64,000 bases of DNA from an uncultured Chloroflexia bacterium (GTDB taxonomy: Bacteria; Chloroflexota; Limnocylindria; Limnocylindrales; CSP1-4). The position numbers and the translations under genes are program-made. Position 1 is the first letter of the stretch, and every line of letters begins with the position of its first letter. Under the pieces are notes generated by a model. That model saw nothing but the letters and a program-made list of their open reading frames with translations, searched no databases and was not told where the DNA came from. Below are positions 31,324-41,902 of the stretch, one piece after another. The stretch is from assembly GCA_963705215.1 (NCBI GenBank), contig CAVPJI010000002.1:49818-113817 (forward strand). The letters are read 5' to 3'.

Positions 31324-34300
31324 ATGCGGGACGCGATCATCCCGCTCGCGGTCCTTCTTGCGCTCGGCCTCGCCCTTCGACTCATCATCGCATACGTCCT
31401 GCTGCCCGGCTCCGGGTTCAAGGTCGACCTCGGCAGCTTCGCAGGCTGGGCGATGGAGCTGGCCAAGAACGGGCCGTGGGGCCTCTACGACCGCCCGATC
31501 TTCGTCGACTACACGCCGGGCTATCTCTACGTCCTGTGGGCGCTCGGTCTCGTCTCGCAGGCGTTCGCCATCCCGATCGGCGAGCTGCTCAAGCTGCCCG
31601 CGATCGTCGCCGACCTCGCCCTCGCACTGGCGATCTTCTCCCTCGCCGCCGAGCTCGGGGCGAGCCGCCGGGGCGCCATCGCCGCGGCCGGCATCTTCCT
31701 GCTCGTGCCCGTGACCTGGTTCGACAGCGCCGTGTGGGCCCAGGTCGACTCCGTGGGGACGCTCTTCCTCGTGCTCGCGGTGCGGGAGCTGTGGCGCGGC
31801 AGGTCGGAACGAGCCGCCATCCTGACCACGATCGCGGCGATCATCAAGCCACAATTCGGGATCCTCATCCCCCTCGCCGCCGTCGTCATCATCCGCCGCC
31901 ACTGGGTCGAGCGCCCGGACGACGGCAGCCGGCTGGGCGGCGGCCCCGTCCGGATCGTGACCACGACGCTCGCCGGCCTCGTGACGGCCACGCTGATCTG
32001 CCTGCCCTTCGGGATCACGATCGTGGGCCTGCTGCAGCAGATCGTCCAGACTGCCGGCGGCTACCCGTACCTCACGGTGAACGCCTACAACCCGTGGGCC
32101 CTCGTCACGATGGACGGAGCCGGGCTCGCCTCCTCGGGGACGTGGATCCGCGACGCGCCCAACCCGGAGAACGCGGCCGACCCGTTCTTCACGGTGCTCG
32201 GCATCCCCGCCGTCATGGTGGGAACCACGTTCATCGGGGCCGCGATCGTGGCCCTGATGGTGGTCCTGTGGCGGCGGCACGACGACCGCCGCGCGCTGCT
32301 GGTGGCGCTGGCCGTGATGGCGATCGCGTTCTTCGTCCTGCCCACGCGCGTCCACGAGCGCTACCTCTACCCGTTCTTCGCGCTGGGCGCGATCCTGCTG
32401 GCCCTCCAGCCGCGCTGGGCGGCCATCTACGCGGTGCTCGCGGCCGCCAACTTCGCGAACCTTTACGCGATCCTGACGCTGCCCTTCTATGACAGCCCCG
32501 GCCTGGGGCCGATACTCGACGCGCTGGGTGGCCTGGGGAGGCAGCTCGGGGAGTGGTTCCGCTCGACCGCGGGCGTCACCGCGGCCTCGCTCGCCCATGC
32601 CGGGGGGCTCGTGGCGGCGGCGGTCTTTCTGGCCCGGCCCGCGCGGGGCGAGACGGATCGGACGCTCGACGACGAAGCGGCCGACGACGAAGCGGCCGAC
32701 GACGAAGCGGCTCCGGCGGCGGTCATCGAGACCGCGCCCCGGGCGCCTGCGCCCTTGGCCGTCGCGCCCGCGGCCGTGGCGGCGGCGGCCACCCCGCACG
32801 AGGCCGGCACTGCCCCGCCCCCCGCCTCTCCGGCACTTGACCCACCCGACCTGGCCTACCCGGAGGAGCGCGCCCCCTTCGACCGGTCCCGCGCGCTCGC
32901 CCGCGAGGGCGGCGGACGTCTCGGCCGCATCGACCTGTGGCTTCTCATCGTCCTCGTCGTCGCGGCGCTCTTCCTGCGGACGTTCCGCCTCGGCGAGCCC
33001 ATGCGGATGCACTTCGACGAGGTCTACCACGCGCGAACGGCGATCGAGTTTCTCCAGCACTGGGAGTACGGCGAGCCGCACGGGATCTACGAGTACACCC
33101 ATCCCCATCTCGCGAAGTACGCGATGGCCGTGGGAATCGAGCTCTTCGGGAACAACCAGGTCGTCGCGCAGGCCGACCTCGGGACGGCGGTCGACGACGC
33201 GGCGGTGGAGCCGCGCTGGGACGAACCCGGCGGGACCGGCCCGGGCGCGATGACCCGCGGGGGCGAGCGCCTGTACCTGGCGACGTCGGATGGGCTGGAG
33301 GTGCACGACCTGCGCACGCGCGCCCTGATCGTCCGCTACGCCGTGCCGGGCGCCCTGTCGGTCGCCATCGACACGGACTCGCACGTGGCATACGTGGGAA
33401 CGGCCGGAGGCGAGATCCTCGCCTTCGCCACGGACGTCCCCGCGGACGAGCTGAAGACTGCCCCTCCCGCCCGCGGGCCGGCTCTCCTCGCCGTCGCGGG
33501 CGCACCGGTCCAGCGGCTCTGGGCCGCGGGCGACGGCGACTACCTCGTGGCGGGGACGCCGGACGGGGGCCTCGTCACGATCGACGCGGCAAGCGGGATC
33601 GAGCTCTCACGGACGACGCTGGATGGGCGTGCCGAGGTCGTCGACGCCGGGCGTGTCACCGCCCTGGTCGCCACGCCCGCGGAGGTCCCCGACCCCGCCG
33701 CCGCGGCCGCCGAGGTCGTCCTCCTCGTCGGTGGCGACGAGGCCGCCCATCGCGCCCGACTGGAGCAGGACCTGCCGCGCGTGGTCGTGACCACGGACGT
33801 CGCGGCCAACCGCGAGGCGATCGATGCCGCGATCGCGGACGGCTCCCTGGCCGGGTTCTCCGTCGAGGACGTGCCGCGGGTCGCTGTCGCCGACGCGGCC
33901 GGCGTCACGTTCCTCGAGCCGGCCACGGGGAGCATCACGGGCGCCGTGCCCCTCGCCGATCCCGCGACGGGGCTCGTGGCCGTGACGGGCCTGGATGCGC
34001 CCACCCTCTACGCGGCAAGCGGAAGCACGCTCTCAGTCGTGGAGATCCCCACGGGCGACTCGGCCGCCTCGCTCAAGCAGAGCGTCTGGATGCCGGGCGC
34101 TGTCGAGCGGATCGCCTTCAACGACGCGACCCAGCTCGTCCACGTCCTGGGCCGGACCCCGGACGGCGCCGCCAGCACCGTCTACGTGGTCGAGCCGCGC
34201 GGCAACTCCGTCTTCGCCGACGCGGCCATCCCCTTCGCGCCGGCCGCCTGGGCCATGGATACGGCTGCCGCATACCCGAGCGACGACCGCCAGCAGCTCT

Positions 34301-36471
34301 TGCTGTTCGCCGCGGACGGCCCGAGCGCGTCGGTGGGCCTGGGCCAGAACGCCTTCGCGTGGCGCGTGCCGGGCATGGCCGCCGGCGCCCTGATGGCTGG
34401 TCTGCTCTTCCTGCTGGCCCGCGTCCTCTTCCGGCGTCGCTCGATCGCGGTGATCGCCGGCCTGCTGGTCCTCGCCGACGGGATGCTCTTTGCGCAGTCC
34501 CGGATCGCGATGAACGACGCCTACGTGGCCCTCTTCATCGTGGCCGCGCTGGCGGTCTTCGCCCCGATCTGGACGGGAGCCTGGCGCTGGCGCGGCGCCT
34601 TCTGGGTGGGGCTGCCGGTGGTCGGCCTCCTCCTGGGGCTCGCCCTGGCCTCGAAGTGGGTGGGCCTCTATGCGATCGGCGGGATCGCGCTCCTGGTCCT
34701 GCTCCGCTCCGCCCTCGGCCGGGCGCTCATCGTGGTGGGCCTCGCGGCCATTGCGGCCAGCCTGGGCTACATCGGCATCTCCACGGGCCCCGAGGCGACG
34801 AGTGGCGGCAACGTGGCCTTCCTGCTGCTCATGATCGCCCTGACGATGATCGCCTCGGCGGTGGCGGTCCTCCATCCTGTGGCCTGGACGGTGGAGGAGG
34901 TCCGGATCGCCGTGGGCGGCCCGGCCGTGGTGGGTGCCCTCATCGGACTGGCATCCATCCCGCTCGGCCTCGGCTCGACCGCACAGGCCCTGGCCGTCGG
35001 CCTGATGGCGATCGGCGGCGCCGCGGCCGGGGCGTTCTGGCTGGCCGCGCGCCTCGGCCTCGGGCCGCTCGCCCTGCCGCCGGCGCCCGACGACCCGGCC
35101 GCCCTGCTGGAGCCGGCGGAGCCGGCGCCGGCCGGATGGCTGCGGCCGGGCTGGCTGGCGGGCCTGCCGATCGTGTGGGCGGGCCTCTGCCTGCTCGGGA
35201 TCCCCGCGCTCGTCTACGTCGTCTCCTATCTCCCGTGGGCCGCCCTGGGGAACCAGATCGTGACCGGGTGGCCGGCCGGGCACGACGGGCAGACGCTCGC
35301 TGACCTCATCCGCGGGATGTACGACTACCACAACAACCTGCGGGCGACCCACGCCGCGGCGTCGCCGTGGTGGGCCTGGCCGGCCAACCTGAAGCCCGTC
35401 TGGTTCTACCAGGAGTCCTTCGCCGGCAACACGGTCGCTGCGATCTACGACAGCGGCAACCTTGCGGCGTGGTGGCTCTCGATCCCGGCCTTCGCCTTTG
35501 CCGCGTGGCAGGCCTTCCGAAGACGCAGCCTCGCCCTGGCGTTCATCACGATCATGTTCGCGTCGCTCTGGCTGCCCTGGGCGCGCATCGACCGGGCGAC
35601 GTTCCAGTACCACTACTACACCGCGCTGCCCTTCGTTCTCCTGGCCCTGGCCTATCTCGCGGCCGAGGTCTGGCACGGGCCGAGCCGCCGGACATGGCGC
35701 CTGGCCCGGGCAGCCGCCGCGGGCGCCCTCCTGGCCCCGGTCGTGATGTGGCTCTTCCGGGGCCCCCTCTGTGCCCTCATCGACGTGGAGAAGGCGAACC
35801 CGGGGTCCCAGGCCTGCACGATGGCCGCCGCCCTGCCCATCACCCTCACCCAGCAGGCCGTCGGCCTCATGCTCATCATCGCCGTCGCCGGCACTGCCCT
35901 CGTCTGGCAGCTCCTCCGGACGGACCGGGCCGTGCGCCGCGGGGCCGGGTCGGATGAGACCCGCCCCGGGGTCGTCCGGATCTGGCTCACCGCCGCGGTC
36001 GCCCTTGGGGCCCTCGTCGTCGCGGCCGTGCTCCTTCCCCCGACGCCGCTGGTCGAGACCGCGAGCATCCCGGGCGAGCTCCTCGCCCTGCTCCTGCTCG
36101 GGGTCCTCGGCCCGCTCGCCTGGGTCACCTGGCGAGCGACCTCGCCGCGCCGCTACGCCGTGGGCGTCGTCCTCGCGGCCGGCTTCATGTTCGTGCTGTT
36201 CTACCCGAACATCGCGGGCCTGCCGCTTCCGAGCGCCGTCTACAACTGGTACCAGGGCCTGCTTCCAACCTGGCTCTACCCGTTCCAGTTCCCGGTCAAC
36301 ACCGACCCGGCCGTGAGCGTCCCGCTCCTGAGCCCGTGGCCGTTCATCCTCTTCGCGGCCGTGCTGATCGCCGCGGCTGTCGTGGCCTACTCCGCGTGGG
36401 TCTGGCGGCTGGCGCTGGCGGAGCGGACGGCGGAGGGCGACGGCACCGAGAACGGGGCCCCCTCGGCCTGA
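31324..36471 (+). CDS. giant double GT-C protein: GT87/PIG-M-like N-domain fused to PMT-type (GT39) mannosyltransferase with large soluble insertion
   Basis: N-part DYTPGY, WAQVDS, IKPQ, RVHERY; C-part FDEVYH, THPHLAK, SRIAMND, ASKWVG, HAAASPWWAWP, FQYHY. Confidence 0.8.
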   Translation: MRDAIIPLAVLLALGLALRLIIAYVLLPGSGFKVDLGSFAGWAMELAKNGPWGLYDRPIFVDYTPGYLYVLWALGLVSQAFAIPIGELLKLPAIVADLALALAIFSLAAELGASRRGAIAAAGIFLLVPVTWFDSAVWAQVDSVGTLFLVLAVRELWRGRSERAAILTTIAAIIKPQFGILIPLAAVVIIRRHWVERPDDGSRLGGGPVRIVTTTLAGLVTATLICLPFGITIVGLLQQIVQTAGGYPYLTVNAYNPWALVTMDGAGLASSGTWIRDAPNPENAADPFFTVLGIPAVMVGTTFIGAAIVALMVVLWRRHDDRRALLVALAVMAIAFFVLPTRVHERYLYPFFALGAILLALQPRWAAIYAVLAAANFANLYAILTLPFYDSPGLGPILDALGGLGRQLGEWFRSTAGVTAASLAHAGGLVAAAVFLARPARGETDRTLDDEAADDEAADDEAAPAAVIETAPRAPAPLAVAPAAVAAAATPHEAGTAPPPASPALDPPDLAYPEERAPFDRSRALAREGGGRLGRIDLWLLIVLVVAALFLRTFRLGEPMRMHFDEVYHARTAIEFLQHWEYGEPHGIYEYTHPHLAKYAMAVGIELFGNNQVVAQADLGTAVDDAAVEPRWDEPGGTGPGAMTRGGERLYLATSDGLEVHDLRTRALIVRYAVPGALSVAIDTDSHVAYVGTAGGEILAFATDVPADELKTAPPARGPALLAVAGAPVQRLWAAGDGDYLVAGTPDGGLVTIDAASGIELSRTTLDGRAEVVDAGRVTALVATPAEVPDPAAAAAEVVLLVGGDEAAHRARLEQDLPRVVVTTDVAANREAIDAAIADGSLAGFSVEDVPRVAVADAAGVTFLEPATGSITGAVPLADPATGLVAVTGLDAPTLYAASGSTLSVVEIPTGDSAASLKQSVWMPGAVERIAFNDATQLVHVLGRTPDGAASTVYVVEPRGNSVFADAAIPFAPAAWAMDTAAAYPSDDRQQLLLFAADGPSASVGLGQNAFAWRVPGMAAGALMAGLLFLLARVLFRRRSIAVIAGLLVLADGMLFAQSRIAMNDAYVALFIVAALAVFAPIWTGAWRWRGAFWVGLPVVGLLLGLALASKWVGLYAIGGIALLVLLRSALGRALIVVGLAAIAASLGYIGISTGPEATSGGNVAFLLLMIALTMIASAVAVLHPVAWTVEEVRIAVGGPAVVGALIGLASIPLGLGSTAQALAVGLMAIGGAAAGAFWLAARLGLGPLALPPAPDDPAALLEPAEPAPAGWLRPGWLAGLPIVWAGLCLLGIPALVYVVSYLPWAALGNQIVTGWPAGHDGQTLADLIRGMYDYHNNLRATHAAASPWWAWPANLKPVWFYQESFAGNTVAAIYDSGNLAAWWLSIPAFAFAAWQAFRRRSLALAFITIMFASLWLPWARIDRATFQYHYYTALPFVLLALAYLAAEVWHGPSRRTWRLARAAAAGALLAPVVMWLFRGPLCALIDVEKANPGSQACTMAAALPITLTQQAVGLMLIIAVAGTALVWQLLRTDRAVRRGAGSDETRPGVVRIWLTAAVALGALVVAAVLLPPTPLVETASIPGELLALLLLGVLGPLAWVTWRATSPRRYAVGVVLAAGFMFVLFYPNIAGLPLPSAVYNWYQGLLPTWLYPFQFPVNTDPAVSVPLLSPWPFILFAAVLIAAAVVAYSAWVWRLALAERTAEGDGTENGAPSA
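32668..32712 (+). repeat. 15-bp coding tandem repeat x3 (DDEAA) in interdomain linker
   Basis: GACGACGAAGCGGCC repeated three times (last ends ...GCT). Confidence 0.85.
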
Positions 36472-36474
36472 CGA

Positions 36475-37653
36475 TCAGCCGAGAAGGCGCCGGTCCGGGG
36501 GCACGTCGGCCGTGAAGTGGGCCGGCAGCCCCCCCTGCGCCGCGAGACGGCGGACGACGAACCCGTAGTAGGACTCGACGCGAGCAGCGATCCGGTCCCA
36601 GCCGAACTCCTGGACGCGGACGAGGCCGCTTTCCCGCATGCGTTCGCGGAGCACGGCATCCGCGAGCAGGCGAAGGATCGCCTTGGCGAGCAGCCGGTGG
36701 TCGCCCGGCGGCACGAGGAGGGCCTGCTCGTCGCGCTTCACGACGCCCTTGTAGCCGTGGATGTCACTGCAGACGATCGCGGTGCCGGCCGCCATCGCCT
36801 CGAGCAGGACGATCCCGAAGCTCTCCCGTCCGGTCGCCGGCGAGACGTAGACGTCGGCCGTCTTGTAGAGCTGGATCTTCTCCTGGTCCGAGACGCGCCC
36901 CAGGAACTCGACGCCCGCGAGACGCCGGGTCATCACGTACCGCCGGGCCTCGCGCTCGAGCGGCCCGGAGCCGACGACCAGGAGGCGGGCGTCGCTGCCG
37001 GTCCGGCGGACCAGCCGGAACGCCTTGAGGAGGTGCAGGAGGCCCTTGCGCGGCTCCAGGCGCCCCACGAAGAGGATGTTCGGCCGGCCATCCTGCCAGC
37101 GGGCCAGCGGGACCGCGTGGGCGAAGAGGCGGAGGTCCACGCCGTTCGGGATCACCTTGTAGTCGCCCGGCAGGTAGCGGTCCGCGAAGTGGCGGGCGGC
37201 GGCGCTGACGGCAATGCGCCCGTGGAGCCGGCTTGCGGCGACCGGGCCGAGCATCCGACCGCCGATCTGGTAGCCCGGGGCGTAGCCGGCGAAGGCGTGG
37301 AACGTGGCGACGTTCACGCTCCTGGATTCACGCAGGGTCATCAGGGTCAGGAACGGGACGAAGGGCTCGTGGAAGTGGAGCAGGTCGAACTGCTCGTGCT
37401 CCAGCACGTCCCGGATCTGGGACCGGTAGCGCGGGGAGACCGTCAGGGTGCCGACTGAGCCGTTGGCCGGCACGGAGAAGCCCTTGCCGATCCGGATCAC
37501 ATCGCCCTCCGACCTGCGCTGCAGGCCGTGGCTGGCGGTCAGGATCCGGACGTCGTGGCCCCGGACGCGCAGGCTCTCGTAGAGGTGGCCGACGTGGTCG
37601 TTGACGCCGCCCGGGAGCGGGTAGACGTACGGCGTCACCAGGCCGATCTTCAC
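36475..37653 (-). CDS. pimA: GT4 phosphatidylinositol alpha-mannosyltransferase PimA-like
   Basis: MKIGLVTPY...PGGVNDH, VPANGSV, LHFHEP, FVGRLEPRKG, GRESFGIVLLEAMAAG; operon with pgsA/ino1/acyltransferases. Confidence 0.82.
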   Translation of the reverse strand: MKIGLVTPYVYPLPGGVNDHVGHLYESLRVRGHDVRILTASHGLQRRSEGDVIRIGKGFSVPANGSVGTLTVSPRYRSQIRDVLEHEQFDLLHFHEPFVPFLTLMTLRESRSVNVATFHAFAGYAPGYQIGGRMLGPVAASRLHGRIAVSAAARHFADRYLPGDYKVIPNGVDLRLFAHAVPLARWQDGRPNILFVGRLEPRKGLLHLLKAFRLVRRTGSDARLLVVGSGPLEREARRYVMTRRLAGVEFLGRVSDQEKIQLYKTADVYVSPATGRESFGIVLLEAMAAGTAIVCSDIHGYKGVVKRDEQALLVPPGDHRLLAKAILRLLADAVLRERMRESGLVRVQEFGWDRIAARVESYYGFVVRRLAAQGGLPAHFTADVPPDRRLLG

Positions 37654-38516
37654 GGAGGCCCCCCTCCTCGGGTGGGGAGGATCGCCGACCCATCCAGCCT
37701 CGGTGGCCGCCGGTCGCCGCCCGGGTAGCCGTGATCGCGCCCCGTGCCGTCGCGCCGGACCCGACCCCCGACCTCGGCCCGGATGTCCCGCCCGTACTTG
37801 CGGAGCTGGCGGCCGAAGGTCGGGAGCTGGGACGCCGTGCCGTGGAAGCTCCCATGCCAGCCGGTCCGATGCTCCAGGATGGCGTTCCGGACGTCCTCCG
37901 CGGTGTGCCCGGGGAACGTCGTCCAGCCGATCCCGACGCTGGCCGCCTCGTGGGCGTCGCTGTTCCCCACGACCGCCAGGCCGAGCTCCTCGGCGAAGGC
38001 GACCACGCGGCGGTGCACGGGCCGCCCGAATGTCGTCGGGTTGAAGGCCTCGACGCCGTCCGGCCGGACGCGCGGGTCGGGGGAGGCGAGGAGCGCCCGC
38101 AGCGTCCAGGCCTGGGCGCACAGGGGATAGGGGAAGAGCGGGTGGGCCGGGATGGCCAGGCCACCCTGCTCGTGGACGAGGCCGATCGATTCGCGCAGCG
38201 AGCGGAGCGGGGGCACGGCCTCCTCGATGAAGAGGGCCAGGAGGTGGCCGCCGCGGGTCGACACCTCCTCGCCGATCACGACCTCCACGGGCAGGTCGCG
38301 CGCCCGGGCGATGGTCCGGGCGGCGTGGGCGGCGTCGACGCGCTCATGGTCGGCGATGCCGATGACGTCGAGCTGGGTGTGCTCGAGGACGTACGCCAGG
38401 ATCTCCTCGACCCCGCTCACGCCGTCGGAGGCGAGCGTGTGCACGTGGAGGTCGGCGCGGCCATGGGCGACATCGAGGTCGGGGCCGGTCGCTGAATGGA
38501 GGATGGCCGCGGTCAT
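37650..38516 (-). CDS. PHP domain phosphoesterase
   Basis: ADLHVHTLASDG, ADHE, GEEVSTRGGHLL, IPAHP, GNSDAH. Confidence 0.88.
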   Translation of the reverse strand: MTAAILHSATGPDLDVAHGRADLHVHTLASDGVSGVEEILAYVLEHTQLDVIGIADHERVDAAHAARTIARARDLPVEVVIGEEVSTRGGHLLALFIEEAVPPLRSLRESIGLVHEQGGLAIPAHPLFPYPLCAQAWTLRALLASPDPRVRPDGVEAFNPTTFGRPVHRRVVAFAEELGLAVVGNSDAHEAASVGIGWTTFPGHTAEDVRNAILEHRTGWHGSFHGTASQLPTFGRQLRKYGRDIRAEVGGRVRRDGTGRDHGYPGGDRRPPRLDGSAILPTRGGGPP

Positions 38517-39541
38517 CGCGCCGGCCCGCCGGCTGTCGGTGATCCCGCCGTCGTGGTGCCGCTCCGACGCGCGCGCGGCCCGACCTCCTCCCAGATCGGG
38601 AAGAAGACGGTCCACCACTGTTCCGGAGCGAGCGCGATGAACGCCTCGAACGCCTCTGCCTCGGCTTGGAGCAGAGCCTCGATCCGGGCGCGGCGGGGCA
38701 GGTCGGCGGGCGGGTGCGGCACCGTGATGAGCCCGCCCCGGAACGCCTCACCGTTCGCGCGCCAGACGGCGGCGACGTGGAGCGGCACCCCGTGCTCGAG
38801 GGCGAGGTAGGCTGGCCCCATCGGGAGCCTCGTCGGCCGGCCGAAGAGCGTGACCGGCACGCCGCCACCGGCGATGTCGCGGTCGGCCACGATCCCGACG
38901 CCCTCCCCCCGCGCGAGGGCGTCGCCGAGCGCGCGCCGGGCCTGGTCGAGGCCCACGATCCGCGCCCCGCCGCTCTCACGCGCCCGCCGCAGGAGCCGCT
39001 GGAGCTCCGGATCGTCGATGGTCTCCATCGGCCCGGTGATGGGGACCCGGCAGCGATCGCCGAGCACGGTGGCGGCGCCGGCCATCGACCCGAAGTGGGC
39101 CGTCACGAAGACCACTGGGCCCGGCGTCGCGAACGCTGCGTCGACCGGGGCGGGAACCTCGATCAGCAGGCGGCGGCGGAGGTCACGGGCGCTCGCCGCG
39201 CCGCGCAGCGTCTCCGCGTACATCCGCACGCTGTGCCGGAAGGCCGCTCGCACGAGGTGCTCCAGGGCCGCCTGATCCGTGGCAGCCGAACGCGCCCGGG
39301 CGCTGCCGCGGCCGGTCGCCGCCAGCCGGGCCGCCACGTGGGCGAGGTTGCCACGGGCGCGAGCCGCACGACCGGGGGCGGCCCGGTACCAGAGCTCGCC
39401 GGCCGCGTCGCACAGCCCGCCGACCACGGTCGCAGGGAGGTGCGCGAGAACGGTTCCCAGGGCGCCGACGAGGCTCGCCCGGGCACGCTGCATGGTCGTG
39501 CCGCGCGTCTCTGCCGGCCGGCCCACGCCCGCCCCGGTCAT
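38513..39541 (-). CDS. PatA-like lysophospholipid/PIM acyltransferase, paralog 2
   Basis: TAHFGSM, IVADRD, FGRPTRLPMGPAYLAL, APEQWWTVFFPIW. Confidence 0.78.
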   Translation of the reverse strand: MTGAGVGRPAETRGTTMQRARASLVGALGTVLAHLPATVVGGLCDAAGELWYRAAPGRAARARGNLAHVAARLAATGRGSARARSAATDQAALEHLVRAAFRHSVRMYAETLRGAASARDLRRRLLIEVPAPVDAAFATPGPVVFVTAHFGSMAGAATVLGDRCRVPITGPMETIDDPELQRLLRRARESGGARIVGLDQARRALGDALARGEGVGIVADRDIAGGGVPVTLFGRPTRLPMGPAYLALEHGVPLHVAAVWRANGEAFRGGLITVPHPPADLPRRARIEALLQAEAEAFEAFIALAPEQWWTVFFPIWEEVGPRARRSGTTTAGSPTAGGPAR

Positions 39542-40596
39542 CCGGCGGCTCCCTGCGTGGCCGAGCCCAGGTCTCGCAGCGCGCGCTCGGCGAGAAGCGC
39601 TTCTTCGGTCGGGTCTTGGGGCCACATCGGCTTGAAGACGCACCACTGCTCGGGCGCCTCGCGGACGGCCACCTCGAGGGCATCGGCGATGGCCTGCGTC
39701 GCGCGCGCGATCTCGGCCGGCTCGGCGGAGGCCACGAGGATGGGCGTGCCGATCTCGCCGAGGAAGGTGCCGTCCGGGCGGCGGATGGTCCAGAAGGGGA
39801 CGATGGTCGCACCGGTGCGCGCGGCCAGGATGGCCGGGCCGGACGGCAGCGTGGTCCACGACCCCAGGAAGCGGACCGGCTGTCCATCCGGGCGGTAGCC
39901 CCAGTCGACCAGGAGCCCGAGGATCTTGCCGTTGCGCAGGACGCGGTAGACCTCGCGCAGGTTGCGCCAGCGGATGACCTCGATGCCCCAGGCTCGTCGC
40001 TGGGCGACGAAGCGCTCGAAGAGGTCGTCGTACGCCGTGTCGTCGGCGAGGTAGTGAACCGGCCAGCCACGGCCCGCGAGCGCGGCGGCCGCGACCTCCC
40101 CGTTCCCGATGTGAAGCCCGGCCAGGATCACGCTGCTCGAGGCCAGCCACGCTTCGTGGAGGCGATCAGGCCCTTCGCCCGTGAACATGGCGACGTGCTC
40201 CGCGTTCGTCATCCGGACGAGGTGCATGCCCTCGAGGACCCAGCGGACCTGGCTGCGGAAGACGGCCCTGCCCAGGGTGTCGACCCGCGGGTCGGTCGGC
40301 GGCAGGGCCAGGATGCGCGCGGCGTTGGCGCGCACGTAGCGGCGCTTCTCCGGCCAGAGCCGGTAGACAACGTCGGAGATCCAGCCGCCGATGCGGACGC
40401 TCGGCTCGAGCGGGAGCCGACCCAGGACCCACGACCCGCCGCGATAGGCCGCGACCACGAGCTTCTCGCGGAGTCGCGGCCCGCTCTTCTCCCGACGATG
40501 GGGCGCCCGAAAGCGCCCCTCGTCGTCGTTCGTCGCCTCGGAGCCCGGCGCCGCGGCGGGTGCCGCGCCGGCCGGGGATCCAGGGGCGGATGTCAC
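39538..40596 (-). CDS. PatA-like lysophospholipid/PIM acyltransferase, paralog 1
   Basis: [42 protein letters not shown]. Confidence 0.8.
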   Translation of the reverse strand: MTSAPGSPAGAAPAAAPGSEATNDDEGRFRAPHRREKSGPRLREKLVVAAYRGGSWVLGRLPLEPSVRIGGWISDVVYRLWPEKRRYVRANAARILALPPTDPRVDTLGRAVFRSQVRWVLEGMHLVRMTNAEHVAMFTGEGPDRLHEAWLASSSVILAGLHIGNGEVAAAALAGRGWPVHYLADDTAYDDLFERFVAQRRAWGIEVIRWRNLREVYRVLRNGKILGLLVDWGYRPDGQPVRFLGSWTTLPSGPAILAARTGATIVPFWTIRRPDGTFLGEIGTPILVASAEPAEIARATQAIADALEVAVREAPEQWCVFKPMWPQDPTEEALLAERALRDLGSATQGAAG

Positions 40597-41849
40597 GTGG
40601 CGGCGACCTTGGCGGGCGCCTTGGCGAGAGTCCGGAGCTTGCGCTCGACCGTCTTCTCGGTTCCGATGAGGGTCTCGTTGTCATCGCCGCGGATGAACGC
40701 CTCGACCCGGTTGAAGGCGATGTCGTCGTGGAGCTGCGCCGGGGGGCTCTTCATGAAGTAGCTCGACGGAGCGACGAGGGTGCCCTTGAGGCCGCGGTCC
40801 AGGCCCAGCTTCATGCAGCGGATGGCGTCGGTGATGACGCCGGCGCTGTTCGGGCTGTCCCAGACCTCGAGCTTGAGCTCGGCGCGGAGCGGCACGTCAC
40901 CGTAGGTCGTGCCCTCCATCTGGATGTAGCAGAACTTGCGGTCGGTCAGCCACGGAACGTGGTCGCTGGGGCCGACGTGGACGTCGCCGGGCTCGAGCTC
41001 GTAGTCGAGCATCGAGGTGACCGCGTTCGTCTTGCTGATCTTCTTGCTCTCGAGGCGCTCGCGCTCGAGCATGTTCAGGAAGTCGGTGTTGCCGCCGAAG
41101 TTCAGCTGGTAGGTCCGGTCGAGGCGGACGCCGCGATCCATGAAGAGGCGGGTCATGACGCGGTGGGTGATCGTCGCGCCGACCTGGCTCTTGATGTCAT
41201 CGCCGATGATCGGGAGGCCCTCCTCAGCGAAGCGGCGCTGCCAGTAGGGCTCACGGCCGATGAAGACCGGGATCGCGTTGACGAAGCCGACCCCGGCCTT
41301 GAGGGCCTGCTCGGCGTACCACTTCGTCGCCTCCTCGCTCCCGACCGGGAGGTAGGAGACCATCACGTCGACCTCGCGCTCCTTGAGGATCCCGACGATG
41401 TCGGCCGTGGGGCCGGGGGCCTTCTCGATGACCTGGCTGAGGTACTTGCCCAGGCCGTCGTGGGTCATCCCGCGATCGACCTTGACGCCCATGTGCGGGA
41501 CCTGCTGGAAGACGATCGTGTTGTTCGGGTGCGCGTAGATCGCCTCGGAGAGATCCTTGCCCACCTTCGTCTTGTTGATGTCGAAGGCGGCCACGAACTC
41601 GATGTCGCGGACGTGGTAGCCACCGAGGCTCACGTGCATGAGGCCGGGGACGAAGTCCGTCTCCTTGGCGTTCTCGTAGTAGTAGCGGCCCTGGACGAGG
41701 CTGCTCGCGCAGTTCCCGACGCCCACGATGGCGACGCGGACCTTGCCGTCCTTGCGGTTCGCGCCGGCCCAGGCCTTGCCCGTTCCGCTGGCGGCCTTCG
41801 CGCCGTTGCCGTTGCCGCTCACGCTGGTGCTTCCATTCTTCTTCGCCAT
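40593..41849 (-). CDS. ino1: myo-inositol-3-phosphate synthase
   Basis: [62 protein letters not shown]. Confidence 0.96.
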   Translation of the reverse strand: MAKKNGSTSVSGNGNGAKAASGTGKAWAGANRKDGKVRVAIVGVGNCASSLVQGRYYYENAKETDFVPGLMHVSLGGYHVRDIEFVAAFDINKTKVGKDLSEAIYAHPNNTIVFQQVPHMGVKVDRGMTHDGLGKYLSQVIEKAPGPTADIVGILKEREVDVMVSYLPVGSEEATKWYAEQALKAGVGFVNAIPVFIGREPYWQRRFAEEGLPIIGDDIKSQVGATITHRVMTRLFMDRGVRLDRTYQLNFGGNTDFLNMLERERLESKKISKTNAVTSMLDYELEPGDVHVGPSDHVPWLTDRKFCYIQMEGTTYGDVPLRAELKLEVWDSPNSAGVITDAIRCMKLGLDRGLKGTLVAPSSYFMKSPPAQLHDDIAFNRVEAFIRGDDNETLIGTEKTVERKLRTLAKAPAKVAAT

Positions 41850-41902
41850 GATGTGGTTCCTGGTGCCTCCTGCGATGGGTGGGTGGGTGTGGGTTAGTAA
41901 GG

